Shown here piece after piece: positions 1 to 10,021 of a stretch of DNA of 64,000 nt. The DNA lies in contig OY782041.1 of the NCBI GenBank assembly GCA_963677595.1, positions 4,261,377 through 4,325,376 on the forward strand. The letters run 5' to 3'. The DNA is from Spirochaetia bacterium. Lineage in GTDB: Bacteria; Spirochaetota; Spirochaetia; CAKZLE01. Within the stretch, counting starts at the first letter, position 1. Every line of letters begins with the position of its first letter. A program made the position numbers and the translations under genes. The notes below the pieces were generated by a model, which was given only the letters and a program-made list of their open reading frames with translations, did not search any database and was not told the origin of the DNA.

Positions 1-71
1 TCAAGGGGATCGTCACGACCGACCAGATCTTTGAGTCTTTGACTCCGGCAGGAGGTGAGAACCATGCTTGA
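1..71 (+). CDS. 3' end of upstream gene, probably the glycine betaine/proline ABC ATPase (CBS-containing tail); partial
   Basis: Frame from nt 3 reads KGIVTTDQIFESLTPAGGENHA* (TGA 69-71), a CBS-like G-I-V-T motif, and overlaps the permease ATG at 64. Confidence 0.55.
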   Translation, partial: KGIVTTDQIFESLTPAGGENHA

Positions 72-906
72 ATTCCCTGAGATTATCGACATACCGGTAG
101 CAAAAGCCATTGATGCAGGCATGAACTGGCTGCTGCTGCATTTGGACGGGTTCTTCGACGTTGTAGGCTCGATCATCCTGCAGGTTGTACTTGGTTTCGA
201 GAAGCTGCTGCTCTTCATCCCCTGGTTCATCATCGTATTAGCGGTAGGACTAGCCGGGTGGAAACTGCTGGGAAAGATCAAGACCGCGATCGTGTTCATG
301 GCCATGATGTTCATCATAGGATCCTTTGGCTATTGGGACCTGGCTATGAGGACACTCAGCCTGGTGCTGGCTTCAGTATTCTTCTCGCTGCTCATCGGGC
401 TGCCGACCGGCATCAAGATGGCACGCAGTGAACGTGCGGAGCGTTTCCTCCAGCCGCTGCTCGATGCCATGCAGACCATGCCGAGTTTCGTCTACCTGAT
501 CCCTGCACTCATGTTCTTCGGGATGGGTAAGGTGCCCGCCATGTTCGCTACGATCATCTATGCTGTACCGCCGGTGATCCGGCTGACGAACGTCGGGATC
601 AGGACGGTGGACGTGGAGGCGGTCGAGGCCGCCAAGGCGTTCGGGGCTACCCCGCGACAGATCCTTTTCGACGTGCAGCTCCCGCTGGCGAAACCCTCGA
701 TCATGGTTGGGATCAACCAGACGACCATGATGGCCCTCGCGATGGTGGTCATCGGTTCGATGATCGGTGCGAAGGGACTCGGGATGGAGGTCCTCCTCTC
801 GATCAGTCGTATCGATGTGGGCAGGGGCTTCGAGGCAGGGATCTCGATCGTCTTCCTTGCCATCATCATCGACAGGATCACCCACTCGTTCTCCAGCAAG
901 AAATAA
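64..906 (+). CDS. proW: Glycine betaine/L-proline ABC transporter permease (ProW/OpuAB family)
   Basis: LDAMQTMPSFVYLIP, EAAKAFGATPRQ (EAA loop), GINQTTMMALAMVVI; SD GGAGG before ATG 64. Confidence 0.9.
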   Translation: MLEFPEIIDIPVAKAIDAGMNWLLLHLDGFFDVVGSIILQVVLGFEKLLLFIPWFIIVLAVGLAGWKLLGKIKTAIVFMAMMFIIGSFGYWDLAMRTLSLVLASVFFSLLIGLPTGIKMARSERAERFLQPLLDAMQTMPSFVYLIPALMFFGMGKVPAMFATIIYAVPPVIRLTNVGIRTVDVEAVEAAKAFGATPRQILFDVQLPLAKPSIMVGINQTTMMALAMVVIGSMIGAKGLGMEVLLSISRIDVGRGFEAGISIVFLAIIIDRITHSFSSKK

Positions 907-915
907 CGTCAATAC

Positions 916-950
916 TAAGGAGACGGCAGCTGCCGTCTCCTTATTTTTTT
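916..950 (+). terminator. Intrinsic terminator between convergent proW and ppiC
   Basis: Palindrome TAAGGAGACGGCAGCTGCCGTCTCCTTA followed by T7. Confidence 0.8.
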
Positions 951-958
951 CCTACCCG

Positions 959-1234
959 CTAACGCTTCCCGGTGAGCTTGATGATATGATACCCGAACTG
1001 TGTGCGAACCAGACCGCTGATCCTGCCTACCGAGAGTCTGCTGCAGGCCTGCTCGAAGGCCGGCACCATCTTCCCCGGGCCGAACCAGCCAAGGTCTCCG
1101 CCTTTCGACTTGCTCGGGCAGGTCGAGAAATCGCGGGCAAGGGCCTCGAACCGGGCCCCACCCTTTATCTTCGCCAGCAGCCGTTCTGCCAGCGCCTTGT
1201 CTTTAACCAATATGTGACTTGCTTTCCATTCCAT
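959..1234 (-). CDS. ppiC: Parvulin-type peptidyl-prolyl cis-trans isomerase
   Basis: ASHILV...FEALARDFSTCPSKSKGGDLGWFGPGKMVPAFE...TQFGYHII; start taken at MEWK (1234). Confidence 0.92.
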   Translation of the reverse strand: MEWKASHILVKDKALAERLLAKIKGGARFEALARDFSTCPSKSKGGDLGWFGPGKMVPAFEQACSRLSVGRISGLVRTQFGYHIIKLTGKR

Positions 1235-1276
1235 AGCTCTAGAATCTAGCAAATTACGTTTATCCTGTCACTACTA

Positions 1277-1305
1277 TTGACCGCCTGAAGAGAAAACCCT
1301 ACTAT
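1277..1305 (+). promoter_or_regulatory. sigma70-type promoter of galM (leaderless geometry)
   Basis: TTGACC-17 nt-TACTAT, then 7 nt to ATG 1313. Confidence 0.65.
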
Positions 1306-1312
1306 GCTCAGT

Positions 1313-2335
1313 ATGAAGATAGCACGAGAACCATACGGAACATTGAAGGACGGCAGGGCCGTCGATGTCATCACGCTGGAGAACTCGAACGGGTACTCAG
1401 CGCAGGTCATCACCTACGGTGCCTATCTGGTATCCTTCAAAGGACCGGACAAGGATGGGAAGATCGAGGAGCTCACCAGGAACTATCCTGACCTGGCTGC
1501 CTATGAGGATAAGACGAACTACCATGGGGCGACAGTCGGCAGGTATGCCAACCGAATCGGGGGGAACACCTTCTCGATCGACGGCACAAGCTATGACCTC
1601 ACGCCCAACAATGAGTTCTTCCAGCTGCATGGGGGGCCGGACGGCTTCAATACGAAGATATGGGAAGCCTTCCCCATCAGGTATGAGGAACGGGCCTCGG
1701 TGAAGCTCACCCTCACCAGCGAGGACGGCGACCAGGGGTATCCGGGGACGCTCGATGTGGCCCTCACGATCACCCTCACCGAGCAGAACGAGCTCTTCTT
1801 CGTCTATGAGGCTGCAACCGACAAGAACACCTATGTGAGCCTCACCAACCATACCTACTGGAACCTCAGCGGGAAACCCGGCATCAAGAAGATCGATGAC
1901 CAGCTGCTGAAGATCCACTCAGAGAAGACCGTCGATATCGACGTGCACCAGGTACCGACCGGCAAGTTCAACCCGGTTGAAGGGACGATCTTCGATTTCA
2001 CCGAACGAAAGCGGATCGGGGATGATATCATGAAGATCGATGCCGACCCCGTCGGCTACGACCATAACTTCTGCCTCTCAGACCGGAAAGGCGTCCAGGA
2101 TGCTGCGGAACTCTATGACCCGGAGTCAGGGCGACTGATGAAGGTCCTCACCGATGCACCGGGACTGCAGTTCTATTCGGACAACCATGACACGGAACAC
2201 CCCCATACCGCTCTCTGTCTCGAGGCTGGGGAACTGCCCGATGCCATGAACCATGAGAACTTCTACTCTCCCCTGCTCGAACCGGGAAAGCTCTACCGGC
2301 AGGTGACGATACACAGCTTCTTCGTGATTGATTAG
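1313..2335 (+). CDS. galM: Aldose 1-epimerase (galactose mutarotase)
   Basis: GATVGRYANRI, LHGG, GYPG, LTNHTYWNL and GYDHNF motifs. Confidence 0.93.
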   Translation: MKIAREPYGTLKDGRAVDVITLENSNGYSAQVITYGAYLVSFKGPDKDGKIEELTRNYPDLAAYEDKTNYHGATVGRYANRIGGNTFSIDGTSYDLTPNNEFFQLHGGPDGFNTKIWEAFPIRYEERASVKLTLTSEDGDQGYPGTLDVALTITLTEQNELFFVYEAATDKNTYVSLTNHTYWNLSGKPGIKKIDDQLLKIHSEKTVDIDVHQVPTGKFNPVEGTIFDFTERKRIGDDIMKIDADPVGYDHNFCLSDRKGVQDAAELYDPESGRLMKVLTDAPGLQFYSDNHDTEHPHTALCLEAGELPDAMNHENFYSPLLEPGKLYRQVTIHSFFVID

Positions 2336-2354
2336 GGATAAGAAGCATACGTTT

Positions 2355-2393
2355 TTCAGGACTGAGACCCGCATAAGCGGTTTCAGTCCTGAA
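2355..2393 (+). terminator. Stem-loop downstream of galM (possible terminator)
   Basis: TTCAGGACTGAGACC...GGTTTCAGTCCTGAA inverted repeat; weak U-tract. Confidence 0.5.
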
Positions 2394-2599
2394 GGGTTTG
2401 AACCTCTTCATACACAGTAATCTCCTCGCCATAGTGCCATCTCAGACAATGATCCCAAACAGAAACATGCGGTTAGAAACATTTACTCTGTTACAGAATG
2501 TGTGATACACTCTAAATATAAGAACTTAGTAGCTTACGTAACAACAGCTGTTCATGCCCCTGAGACATCAGTTACAACGCTTACTACAGGGGAGGTCGT

Positions 2600-3534
2600 A
2601 TGAAACATTCCGGACCATTGCCATCCTGCTTGGTATCATCACGGTAGCAGTCTTATCCTCTTGCGACTTATTTCAATCTTCTGCAGGCAACGATCCCTTC
2701 TTCGGCAGTATGCTGGAATTCGATACCTATGGTCATGTAGAACAGCATGTCACCTACTCGCTCTATGACTGGAGGAAATGGGATACGGATGAGTACAAGT
2801 ACAAGACACGCAGGATCCTCCTCGATCCGGACGGGTCCTACCATATAGCTGAATACCTCTATGAATCGGCAGATGATGACCTGAACGGCAACGATATACA
2901 AGGCGAGGGGGAGATTGTCAGCTATAAGGAATGGGGAAGCTATTCCTATGATGTTGATACGTATACCCTTACCTATAACCGCAGCAGCTACAAAGCCTTC
3001 TATGATGATGCCTATCCTCCTGCATATACCGAGGAACCCGCTGCGCATCTCTTTCCAGCAGGGAGCTACAAGAAAGAGTCGGTAGTCTTGACCGAAAGGA
3101 GCTATGCAAAAGCTTATGTGCAGGACAACCTGAACTGGACCTACTCCTATACCGATAAGAGAAGCCAGAAAGATGTCTATCAGGAATCCTTCAAGGTAAC
3201 CTCGGGCGTACTCAACCATTCCTACAGCTACTGGGAGAACTATATCGATACTGCAGATCCCGGAGATCTCCATGCTGAGGAGATCTGGAATGTCGAGATC
3301 ATCAACACCAACCCCATTGAAGGATTCACCTCTCCTGACCCGTATGTCCAGCTCAACGGCATATACTCATCATTCAAGCAGCGCAACTGGGACGCGTCCG
3401 CCAAGTCCCTGGGAGCATGGGTAGATGATCCGTATCAGGCTGTTCATGGTCCCTACAACAAAGGGTTCTATCGCTTTGGGGATGTCCTGGTATATGATGA
3501 AGATATCCTGGATCTGAATCGGGGCAGTCTCTGA
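2600..3534 (+). CDS. Hypothetical Tyr/Asp-rich lipoprotein; apparent 1-nt frameshift right after the true start codon (possible pseudogene or sequencing error)
   Basis: Lipobox VLSS-C after a hydrophobic stretch in the 2554 frame; SD GGAGG plus ATG 2600 lies in another frame. Confidence 0.6.
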
Positions 3535-3543
3535 AGGGTCTAT

Positions 3544-4068
3544 TCACTGTGACAGCAGCATCTCCATGTAGTATCTTGGCTCATGGGCCTCAGGAGGGAT
3601 GCCGAGTTCATCCATGAAGGAGACGATCTGATCCTTTGCTGCTTCGACGGTCCTCTCATCATCGGTCTCGGAGAGGATCTCCACCTCGATGAACCAGCCG
3701 AGGGGCGGTACCTCCCATAACCCGACGGTCATACCGTTAACGGTACCTATATACCCTCTCTTCTCTTTCTTCACATAGACCTCATAGCCGAGGGACTCTG
3801 AGAACTCTCTGAACGCTTCAGGGTCGGAGACCTCATACTCGATCTCGTCATTGACCTCCAGGGCCCCGATCCTCTTACGCTGCTTCCTCGTCACGATCCC
3901 CTTCCCTCCTGACAGGCGAAGCCTGAAGAGGGTCGCATCTCTTCCCTTGTCTGGGGAGAAGTAGTAGGTATCGCTGGTATGGATCGATCCCAGGGGGCAC
4001 AAGCCTTCTATAGTACGCTTGAGCTCTTCATGGTTCGCCGCATGTGCCTTGATCTCGATCTCTTTCAT
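3544..4068 (-). CDS. CYTH-domain protein (class IV adenylate cyclase/triphosphate tunnel family)
   Basis: N-terminal EIEIK, DTYY, RLR, KEKR, LGWFIEVE, C-terminal YY. Confidence 0.85.
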   Translation of the reverse strand: MKEIEIKAHAANHEELKRTIEGLCPLGSIHTSDTYYFSPDKGRDATLFRLRLSGGKGIVTRKQRKRIGALEVNDEIEYEVSDPEAFREFSESLGYEVYVKKEKRGYIGTVNGMTVGLWEVPPLGWFIEVEILSETDDERTVEAAKDQIVSFMDELGIPPEAHEPRYYMEMLLSQ

Positions 4069-4841
4069 CAGTCCTTCCAGGGGAAGATCATCCCCTTGAG
4101 GGTCCGGTGGCCGACCTTCTCCTTCTCCTCAAAGAGCAGCCCTACCCAGGGTATATGCTTCCGGTCCGCTTCAGGTTCCGATTCAAGGTAGTCGTACTTG
4201 AACATGAGCAGCTTGCAGGCTACCTGGTGGGAGAGGAGGATACCTCCCGCACTCGGGATCAGCAGGGCCGCGAAGATAGAGATGATGAAGTTGATGATCG
4301 TATAGAAGAGGAGGAAGATCGAGAAGCCGGTATTGTCCAGGAAGACCAGGAATGACTTCTTCAGCGCCTTGAACGGCCTGTCCTTCAGCTGCGCGCTGAT
4401 GGGCAGGAAGTAGAGCAGGCTGATCATGGTCACGATCACGATCCAGAAGAGGACCGCGGTGACGGCGATCCCGAGTATGTTGCTCATGCTGAGATAGAAG
4501 GGCATGATCACGATGAACATGATGAGGATGATGGCATTCAGTGCTGCTAAGAGCAGTGCATGCTTATAGGCATCCTTCACCGCCTGCCAGAACTCGGCGA
4601 ACCCCGGTCTCTGGTAGTTGGCCTGGTGCATCGTGAAGAAGGATGCGCCTCCCAAGGCGAAGTGCAGCAGGACGAACCAGATCAGCAGCAGGATAATGCC
4701 GAGCGGCACGCTGAACTGGATGAGGGTGAATGCCCCGTAGCCTGCCGCAAGGAGGGCTACGAAGATGAGATTGACCAGCACCAGTGAGATGAGGTTGTCC
4801 CATCCGTCAAAGAATGCCTTCTTGATAAAAAAACCTGTCAT
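4068..4841 (-). CDS. Conserved integral membrane protein (about 6 TM)
   Basis: Hydrophobic helices; start MTGFFIKKAFFDGWDNL at 4841 with AAGGA upstream; stop overlaps CYTH start. Confidence 0.7.
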   Translation of the reverse strand: MTGFFIKKAFFDGWDNLISLVLVNLIFVALLAAGYGAFTLIQFSVPLGIILLLIWFVLLHFALGGASFFTMHQANYQRPGFAEFWQAVKDAYKHALLLAALNAIILIMFIVIMPFYLSMSNILGIAVTAVLFWIVIVTMISLLYFLPISAQLKDRPFKALKKSFLVFLDNTGFSIFLLFYTIINFIISIFAALLIPSAGGILLSHQVACKLLMFKYDYLESEPEADRKHIPWVGLLFEEKEKVGHRTLKGMIFPWKD

Positions 4842-4908
4842 GTATAAATCCTTTTTTTTCGCTACCGATAATCTACTCAATAATCGGGAAAAAGGCCAGT
4901 AGGTTCTC

Positions 4909-5577
4909 TCAGGTAAGGGAGGCTGCGAAGATGAGTCCCTCACCCTTCCCCAGCCCATAGCGGGATGCGTCGATGGGGAACTTCCCCATGAGCGTAAACC
5001 CATGGCTTAAGTAGAAGGGAACTGCCTTCGTGTTGAAGGAGGTGGTCCCGAGGTGTACCCCGGGGACCGCACGTTCCTGCAGCTCACCCAGGAACCGCTC
5101 CATCAGCCTCCCACCGATCCCCAGCCTCTGGAATTCCGGGAGGATGTTTATATGGAGGTGGGCTGGATAGGAGGATACTTCCGGAGGGAGTGCCTCCCAG
5201 AGGCCCGAGATCTCCCGGTGGAGGTCCTCACGCACCCACCTGGCATACTGGTCATCGTAGAGCAGGCCGTTTTCCCTGATCCAGGTGAGCCTTCTCCATA
5301 TCTTCGGCAGGATGAGGTCACAGAACCGTGCCCGCTGCCTGACGGTATCGGCAGTGCCGATGATGTAACCGGCAACCTCCCCATCCACGATGGCTGCGAA
5401 TGAGAGCTCAGCCTCATAGGTGATGTAGTACCAGGAGTAGAGATAGCTGAAGATCAGCCGGTCGGGGACGATCCCCCAACCGGTGAGGTCCTCCCCGAAG
5501 AGACCGGTCCTCCAGGTGATGTCTACGACTGCATGCCGGTCAGCCGGGACGATGTTCCGAATCTCAACGGGCTTCAT
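4909..5577 (-). CDS. GNAT family N-acetyltransferase
   Basis: HLHINILPEFQRLGIGGRLM (acetyl-CoA motif A), NTKAVPFYLSHGF. Confidence 0.85.
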   Translation of the reverse strand: MKPVEIRNIVPADRHAVVDITWRTGLFGEDLTGWGIVPDRLIFSYLYSWYYITYEAELSFAAIVDGEVAGYIIGTADTVRQRARFCDLILPKIWRRLTWIRENGLLYDDQYARWVREDLHREISGLWEALPPEVSSYPAHLHINILPEFQRLGIGGRLMERFLGELQERAVPGVHLGTTSFNTKAVPFYLSHGFTLMGKFPIDASRYGLGKGEGLIFAASLT

Positions 5578-6832
5578 GAGGCTCACCTGAATCATCCGAG
5601 ATCTTGAGGACCCCGAGCAGGATGATCGCGGCTGCCCCGAAGATCATGAAGGCAGTACCGATCCCCCGGGAATCGACGAGGAACCCGAAGATCGGGGCCG
5701 CGATCGCCGTGATGAGTGTCTGTACCTGGGATTCACCTGAGAGTCCGGTGGCCATGACCGAATGGTCGATGTTCTCGCTGAGATAGGCGACCGTGAGCGG
5801 CTTCCTGATATTCTGCACCATGTAGAAGAGGACGAAGATGATGATGACCACACCATTGAGTTCCATCCTGAAGAGCACGCCCGCAGCTATCATGAAGATC
5901 GCCCCCGTGAGATAGAGGAGGTTCATACTCCGCGGAAGGCCCCGGTTCCTCGCGCTGAACTTCCCCGCATTCCGTGAGGAGACTGAGGTAAGCAGGAAGA
6001 GGAAGAAATAGACGATGCCGATGACCAGGGAGGACCGCTCGTGATCGGTCAGGAAGACCAGGATGGGCAGGGCCACGGAGAACTGGTAGACGATCTGCTG
6101 CAGGTAGTCCTTGCTGGTCTTGAAGAGCGACTCATAGAGACTGCAGTTGAGGACACAGGTCCTGAGTTTCTTCCCGATGAAGATGCTCAGCAGGGCTTTG
6201 AGGCTCCTGCCCATCTGCTCCCTCAGGCTGAGTCCCGAATCCGTATGGCCTGCGGTAAAATCGAGTTCCTTGGGATAGCTGATCATGAGGAACAGCCCCC
6301 CGATATAGGGGATGAGGGTCCAGAGGAAGACTGAACGGTAGTTCCCCGAGAAGAAGACGATCGCTGCCGCGATCAGCGACGAGACTGCCGAGCCGGTCTG
6401 CGACCAGCCCCTCGTCTGCCCGTAGTACTCGGCCTTGAGGTGCAGCATCTCATGGATGCGCAGGTACTCGAGGATCATGGCCTTATGGGTCCCGGTACGG
6501 AACGCCTCACCGACGGAGAAGAGCACCATTGCAAGGGCGAACATGAAGAAGTTCTTCGAGAAGAAGAGGATGATGAATGACAGGATGTAACCGGTGAAGC
6601 AGATGATCATGCTCTTCCGCCTGCCGAACGAGTCAGCGAAGATCCCGGAGGGGATCTCCAACAGGTTGGTGCCGATCTCCCTGATGGAGAAGAGCAGACC
6701 GATCTGGGTGTAGCTCTCCCCCACGCTGTGGAAGAAGAGCAGGAGATAGGGATCGAAGAACCTGAGGTTCTTCAGGAACCCGTAGAGGGAGAACTTCCAG
6801 AACTGCTTATCATGTACCAATGTGTCTTTCAT
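5564..6832 (-). CDS. MFS transporter
   Basis: About 12 TM helices, motif A SGIFADSFGRRKS. Confidence 0.88.
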   Translation of the reverse strand: MKDTLVHDKQFWKFSLYGFLKNLRFFDPYLLLFFHSVGESYTQIGLLFSIREIGTNLLEIPSGIFADSFGRRKSMIICFTGYILSFIILFFSKNFFMFALAMVLFSVGEAFRTGTHKAMILEYLRIHEMLHLKAEYYGQTRGWSQTGSAVSSLIAAAIVFFSGNYRSVFLWTLIPYIGGLFLMISYPKELDFTAGHTDSGLSLREQMGRSLKALLSIFIGKKLRTCVLNCSLYESLFKTSKDYLQQIVYQFSVALPILVFLTDHERSSLVIGIVYFFLFLLTSVSSRNAGKFSARNRGLPRSMNLLYLTGAIFMIAAGVLFRMELNGVVIIIFVLFYMVQNIRKPLTVAYLSENIDHSVMATGLSGESQVQTLITAIAAPIFGFLVDSRGIGTAFMIFGAAAIILLGVLKISDDSGEPHEAR

Positions 6833-6898
6833 ATGACACAGATCATACCCTATTTTGCGGGGGAGAGCTATAGATAGTAGGATTTGGGCAAAAAAAAG

Positions 6899-6971
6899 TA
6901 GTGGAGAAGGGATTTGAACCCCTGACCGAACGGATATGAGCCGTTTGCTCTACCGACTGAGCTACTCCACC
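6899..6971 (-). tRNA. tRNA-Met (anticodon CAT, elongator-like; CCA not encoded)
   Basis: Minus strand GGTGGAGTAGCTCAGTCGGTAGAGCAAACGGCTCATATCCGTTCGGTCAGGGGTTCAAATCCCTTCTCCACTA folds as a cloverleaf; no GGG/CCC initiator anticodon stem; Ile2 identity not fully excluded. Confidence 0.9.
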
Positions 6972-7077
6972 ACGATTAAAGAAATGTACGTATCTGATTC
7001 AGGGGAAGCCCCTTGCATCAGACCTTCCGTACTATAGCAACGAACGCAGAACGTGTCAATCATCCGCAGGAAGAAAA

Positions 7078-7533
7078 TCACATTTCTATGTGCGCGATCT
7101 TCCACTGGCCGTCACGTTCGAGCAGGAAGACCATACCGGTACGGGTCGCCTCCTCACTCCCTGGCGGGAAGAAGAGCCGGAAGGGGATCCTCATCCCTTC
7201 CGAGGCTACCGGCATGCCGAACCTGACATCCTCTGCCGGCAGGGACCCGAAGAGCTCATCCCCATAGAGGGTCTCAGCCATGAAGGAGGTCTCCTGCAGG
7301 AAGTATCCAGATTTCTCTGCAGCCGGTTCCGCAGTGAGGAAGAACGGCTCGAGCAGGGCTCGCACCGCAGGATCCTGCAGTCCTCCCTGGGGGATCCTGC
7401 CGATCCCGGGGTCCCGGGCGTAGACCGCTTCGCTCTTTTTCATACTCATGGTCTCACGAGCAGTGTCACTGAGAGCCCACAGGGGAGAAAGAGAGAAGAA
7501 CAGGATGGTCGTTAGCAGGATGGCCCGTCTCAT
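7078..7533 (-). CDS. Hypothetical secreted protein
   Basis: Signal peptide MRRAILLTTILFFSLSPLWA; promoter TTGTCC-17-TATAGT directly upstream. Confidence 0.7.
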   Translation of the reverse strand: MRRAILLTTILFFSLSPLWALSDTARETMSMKKSEAVYARDPGIGRIPQGGLQDPAVRALLEPFFLTAEPAAEKSGYFLQETSFMAETLYGDELFGSLPAEDVRFGMPVASEGMRIPFRLFFPPGSEEATRTGMVFLLERDGQWKIAHIEM

Positions 7534-7600
7534 ATGTGTTCACTATAGCAGGGAAATGAGTACTGGACAATACTGATTGCCATGGGCTACTATTGAGGGT

Positions 7601-8884
7601 ATGAGCACGTCCTACCACCAGATCTACAGTTTCCTCAGCACAGAATGCACCAGCCCGGTGCGTGACCCGGTCTGGGGAACAGTCCTCATGCCTCCTTCGT
7701 TCATGCAGCTGCTTACGCTGCCTGTCGTGCAGAAGCTCGCCAGGATCAGGCAGCTCGGGCCGACCTACCTGGTCTACCCCGGGGCCGTGCACACCCGGCT
7801 GAACCACAGTATCGGGGTCTACGAGATCGCCAAGCGCATGATGCTCGTCCTCATGCAGCAGCAGTCACCATCGGAGGCCGGACCCTTCACGATCGAGGGG
7901 GTGCGGGCCTTTCTCTCGGCAGCCCTCCTCCATGACATCGGCCATTTCCCCTATACGCACTCACTCAAGGACCTGCCGCTCACCAGCCACGAGACCCTGG
8001 CAGCACGGATCATCATGGAGCAGGAGGATCTCAAGTCGGTCATCACTGACCGGATCGGGAGCTCCCCTGCTCAGGTTGCCGCCATCATCGATGACAGCAT
8101 CAGGTATGATGATGCTGAGATCGCGCTCTACCGCTCCATGCTCTCGGGGACCCTGGACCCTGACAAGCTCGACTACCTCAACCGCGACGCCCTCTTCTGC
8201 GGCGTCCCCTACGGGCTGCAGGATGTGGATTTCATCCTGACCAAGATCCGGCTTACGGAGAACGGGAACCTGGGGATCATGAAGCAGGGTATCGGCTCCA
8301 TCGAGCACCTGCTCTTCAGCAAGTACCTCATGTACCGGAACATCTACTGGAACAAGTCGGTCAGGAGTGCCACCGCCATGATCAGGAAGGCACTCTGCCT
8401 GGGCCTGGAGGAGGGGGTCATCTCCCCTAACGACCTCTACGGGCTCGATGACAGCCAGTTCACCGGGCTGCTGCGGTCGAAGGGCTACCAGCCCTTCTCC
8501 ATCATCGACTTAGTCAACGACAACCGACTCTTCCGGCCCGCTGCGACCCTCGCATCAGGGGAGTTCACCGGGGAGATCGAGCGATTGAGGGACTACGATA
8601 CCCGGATCGCACTCGAGGAAGAGCTGCGATCACTGATCGCACGGACTACAGGGGCGACCCTCTCCCCCTGGGAGGTCATCATCGACATCCCAGAGCCGAT
8701 CTCCCTCGAGACCGAGGTGCCTATCATCGGCAGGGACGGATTCACTGCCCCATTCCTCGAATCTGGGCCGGTCTTCACCAGGTCGGTCATCGACCGATTT
8801 ACAAAAAGCCTGACAACCATTAGGATATTCCTTCCTGAGGGGATCGCAGTCGACAGGTCACTGGTCCTGGAACTCCTCAACTAA
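7601..8884 (+). CDS. HD-domain phosphohydrolase (SAMHD1/dNTPase-like)
   Basis: LARIRQLG, HTRLNHSIG, LLHDIGHFPYTH, LDPDKLDYLNRD. Confidence 0.9.
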   Translation: MSTSYHQIYSFLSTECTSPVRDPVWGTVLMPPSFMQLLTLPVVQKLARIRQLGPTYLVYPGAVHTRLNHSIGVYEIAKRMMLVLMQQQSPSEAGPFTIEGVRAFLSAALLHDIGHFPYTHSLKDLPLTSHETLAARIIMEQEDLKSVITDRIGSSPAQVAAIIDDSIRYDDAEIALYRSMLSGTLDPDKLDYLNRDALFCGVPYGLQDVDFILTKIRLTENGNLGIMKQGIGSIEHLLFSKYLMYRNIYWNKSVRSATAMIRKALCLGLEEGVISPNDLYGLDDSQFTGLLRSKGYQPFSIIDLVNDNRLFRPAATLASGEFTGEIERLRDYDTRIALEEELRSLIARTTGATLSPWEVIIDIPEPISLETEVPIIGRDGFTAPFLESGPVFTRSVIDRFTKSLTTIRIFLPEGIAVDRSLVLELLN

Positions 8885-8902
8885 CAAGGTCAAGGAAGGA
8901 CT

Positions 8903-9715
8903 ATGCAGGATAGACAGTCATACGCACAGCTCGTCGCGGGAGAGATACCCCCATGGGTACAGCGGTTCATCAAGAAGACCGGCAAGGCGATCAACGATTT
9001 CTCCATGATCGCGGACGGAGACCGGGTGCTGCTCGGAATCTCTGGCGGCAAGGATTCCCTCGCACTTGCCCTGGCCCTCTCCCTGCGGAGGAAGTGGCTG
9101 CCGATTGATTACACCCTCGAGGCTCTCCATATAAACTGGAAGGAGTATCCCGTACCGGAAGAGAAGGTAGCTCAATTGCGGGAGTTCTTCTCAGCCCTGG
9201 ACATCTCGTTCACATCCCTTGATGCGAACATGTTCCACGAGGCCTACCATACCGATTTCAACTGCTACCACTGCTCCCGGAACAGGAGGCGTATCCTCTT
9301 TGAAGAGGCGAATCGACGGGGCTCTCGGCTGGTCGCCCTCGGCCACCATCTTGACGACCTGGTCGAGACGAGCCTGATCAACCTCTGCTTCCGGGGCGAC
9401 TTCTCGACGATGCTCCCCGTACAGGAGTTCTTCAAGGGTGAACTCTACGTGATCAGGCCGATGATCCAGGTCCGCGAGCAGGTGATCAGGCGCCTAACAG
9501 AGCAGTATGACCTCCCGGTGGTCAAGCCGGTCTGCCCCTATGACCAGACGAACATCCGTGCCCGGGTGAAACCGATCATACAGGAGCTTTCACAGATCGA
9601 CCGGCTGACGAGGGAGCATATCTACAAAGCCCATGACCTCAGTTGCCGAATTCCTCGAGATGGGTCTCCACATCATACAACCGACCCGGGATCTGGTCCT
9701 CAAGGAACAGTGTGA
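8903..9715 (+). CDS. ttcA: TtcA-family tRNA 2-thiocytidine biosynthesis PP-loop ATPase
   Basis: SGGKDS, CYHC, GHHLDD, IRPM, C-terminal CPY. Confidence 0.75.
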   Translation: MQDRQSYAQLVAGEIPPWVQRFIKKTGKAINDFSMIADGDRVLLGISGGKDSLALALALSLRRKWLPIDYTLEALHINWKEYPVPEEKVAQLREFFSALDISFTSLDANMFHEAYHTDFNCYHCSRNRRRILFEEANRRGSRLVALGHHLDDLVETSLINLCFRGDFSTMLPVQEFFKGELYVIRPMIQVREQVIRRLTEQYDLPVVKPVCPYDQTNIRARVKPIIQELSQIDRLTREHIYKAHDLSCRIPRDGSPHHTTDPGSGPQGTV

Positions 9716-9932
9716 TCTTCTGCATGACCCTCCTTCCGTGCTGAGGGTCATTGGTCACGAGTGCTGCCCCTATCTGGGCGAACTGGAGCGAATCGAGAAG
9801 GTCAACCTCAGCAGCTGACACGGCGAACTTGTTGCGCAGTCTCTGCTTCACTGAAGTCACTATCCGTCTCTTGTCTTTTATCGAAGTGATACCGTCCAAT
9901 TGGATGATTGCTTGTAACATACTGACTATCAT
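9639..9932 (-). CDS. DUF503 (YlxP-like) protein
   Basis: MIVSMLQ...SIKDKRRIVTSVKQRLRNKFAVSAAEVDLLD signature. Confidence 0.85.
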   Translation of the reverse strand: MIVSMLQAIIQLDGITSIKDKRRIVTSVKQRLRNKFAVSAAEVDLLDSLQFAQIGAALVTNDPQHGRRVMQKITLFLEDQIPGRLYDVETHLEEFGN

Positions 9933-10021
9933 AACTGTTAGTATATATGAGAGGACAATTCCTGTGAAAGGGATTTTTTTATACAGTATTCTACAGTATA
10001 CTGTCGTAAGGGAGAATGCAT

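Noticed and set aside
6899-7077. tRNA-anchored genomic island
   Set aside because: No integrase or duplicated tRNA 3' end seen in the window
7601-8884. HD protein as a defence dNTPase or Cas3 HD domain
   Set aside because: Housekeeping context with ttcA; no helicase or defence-island features
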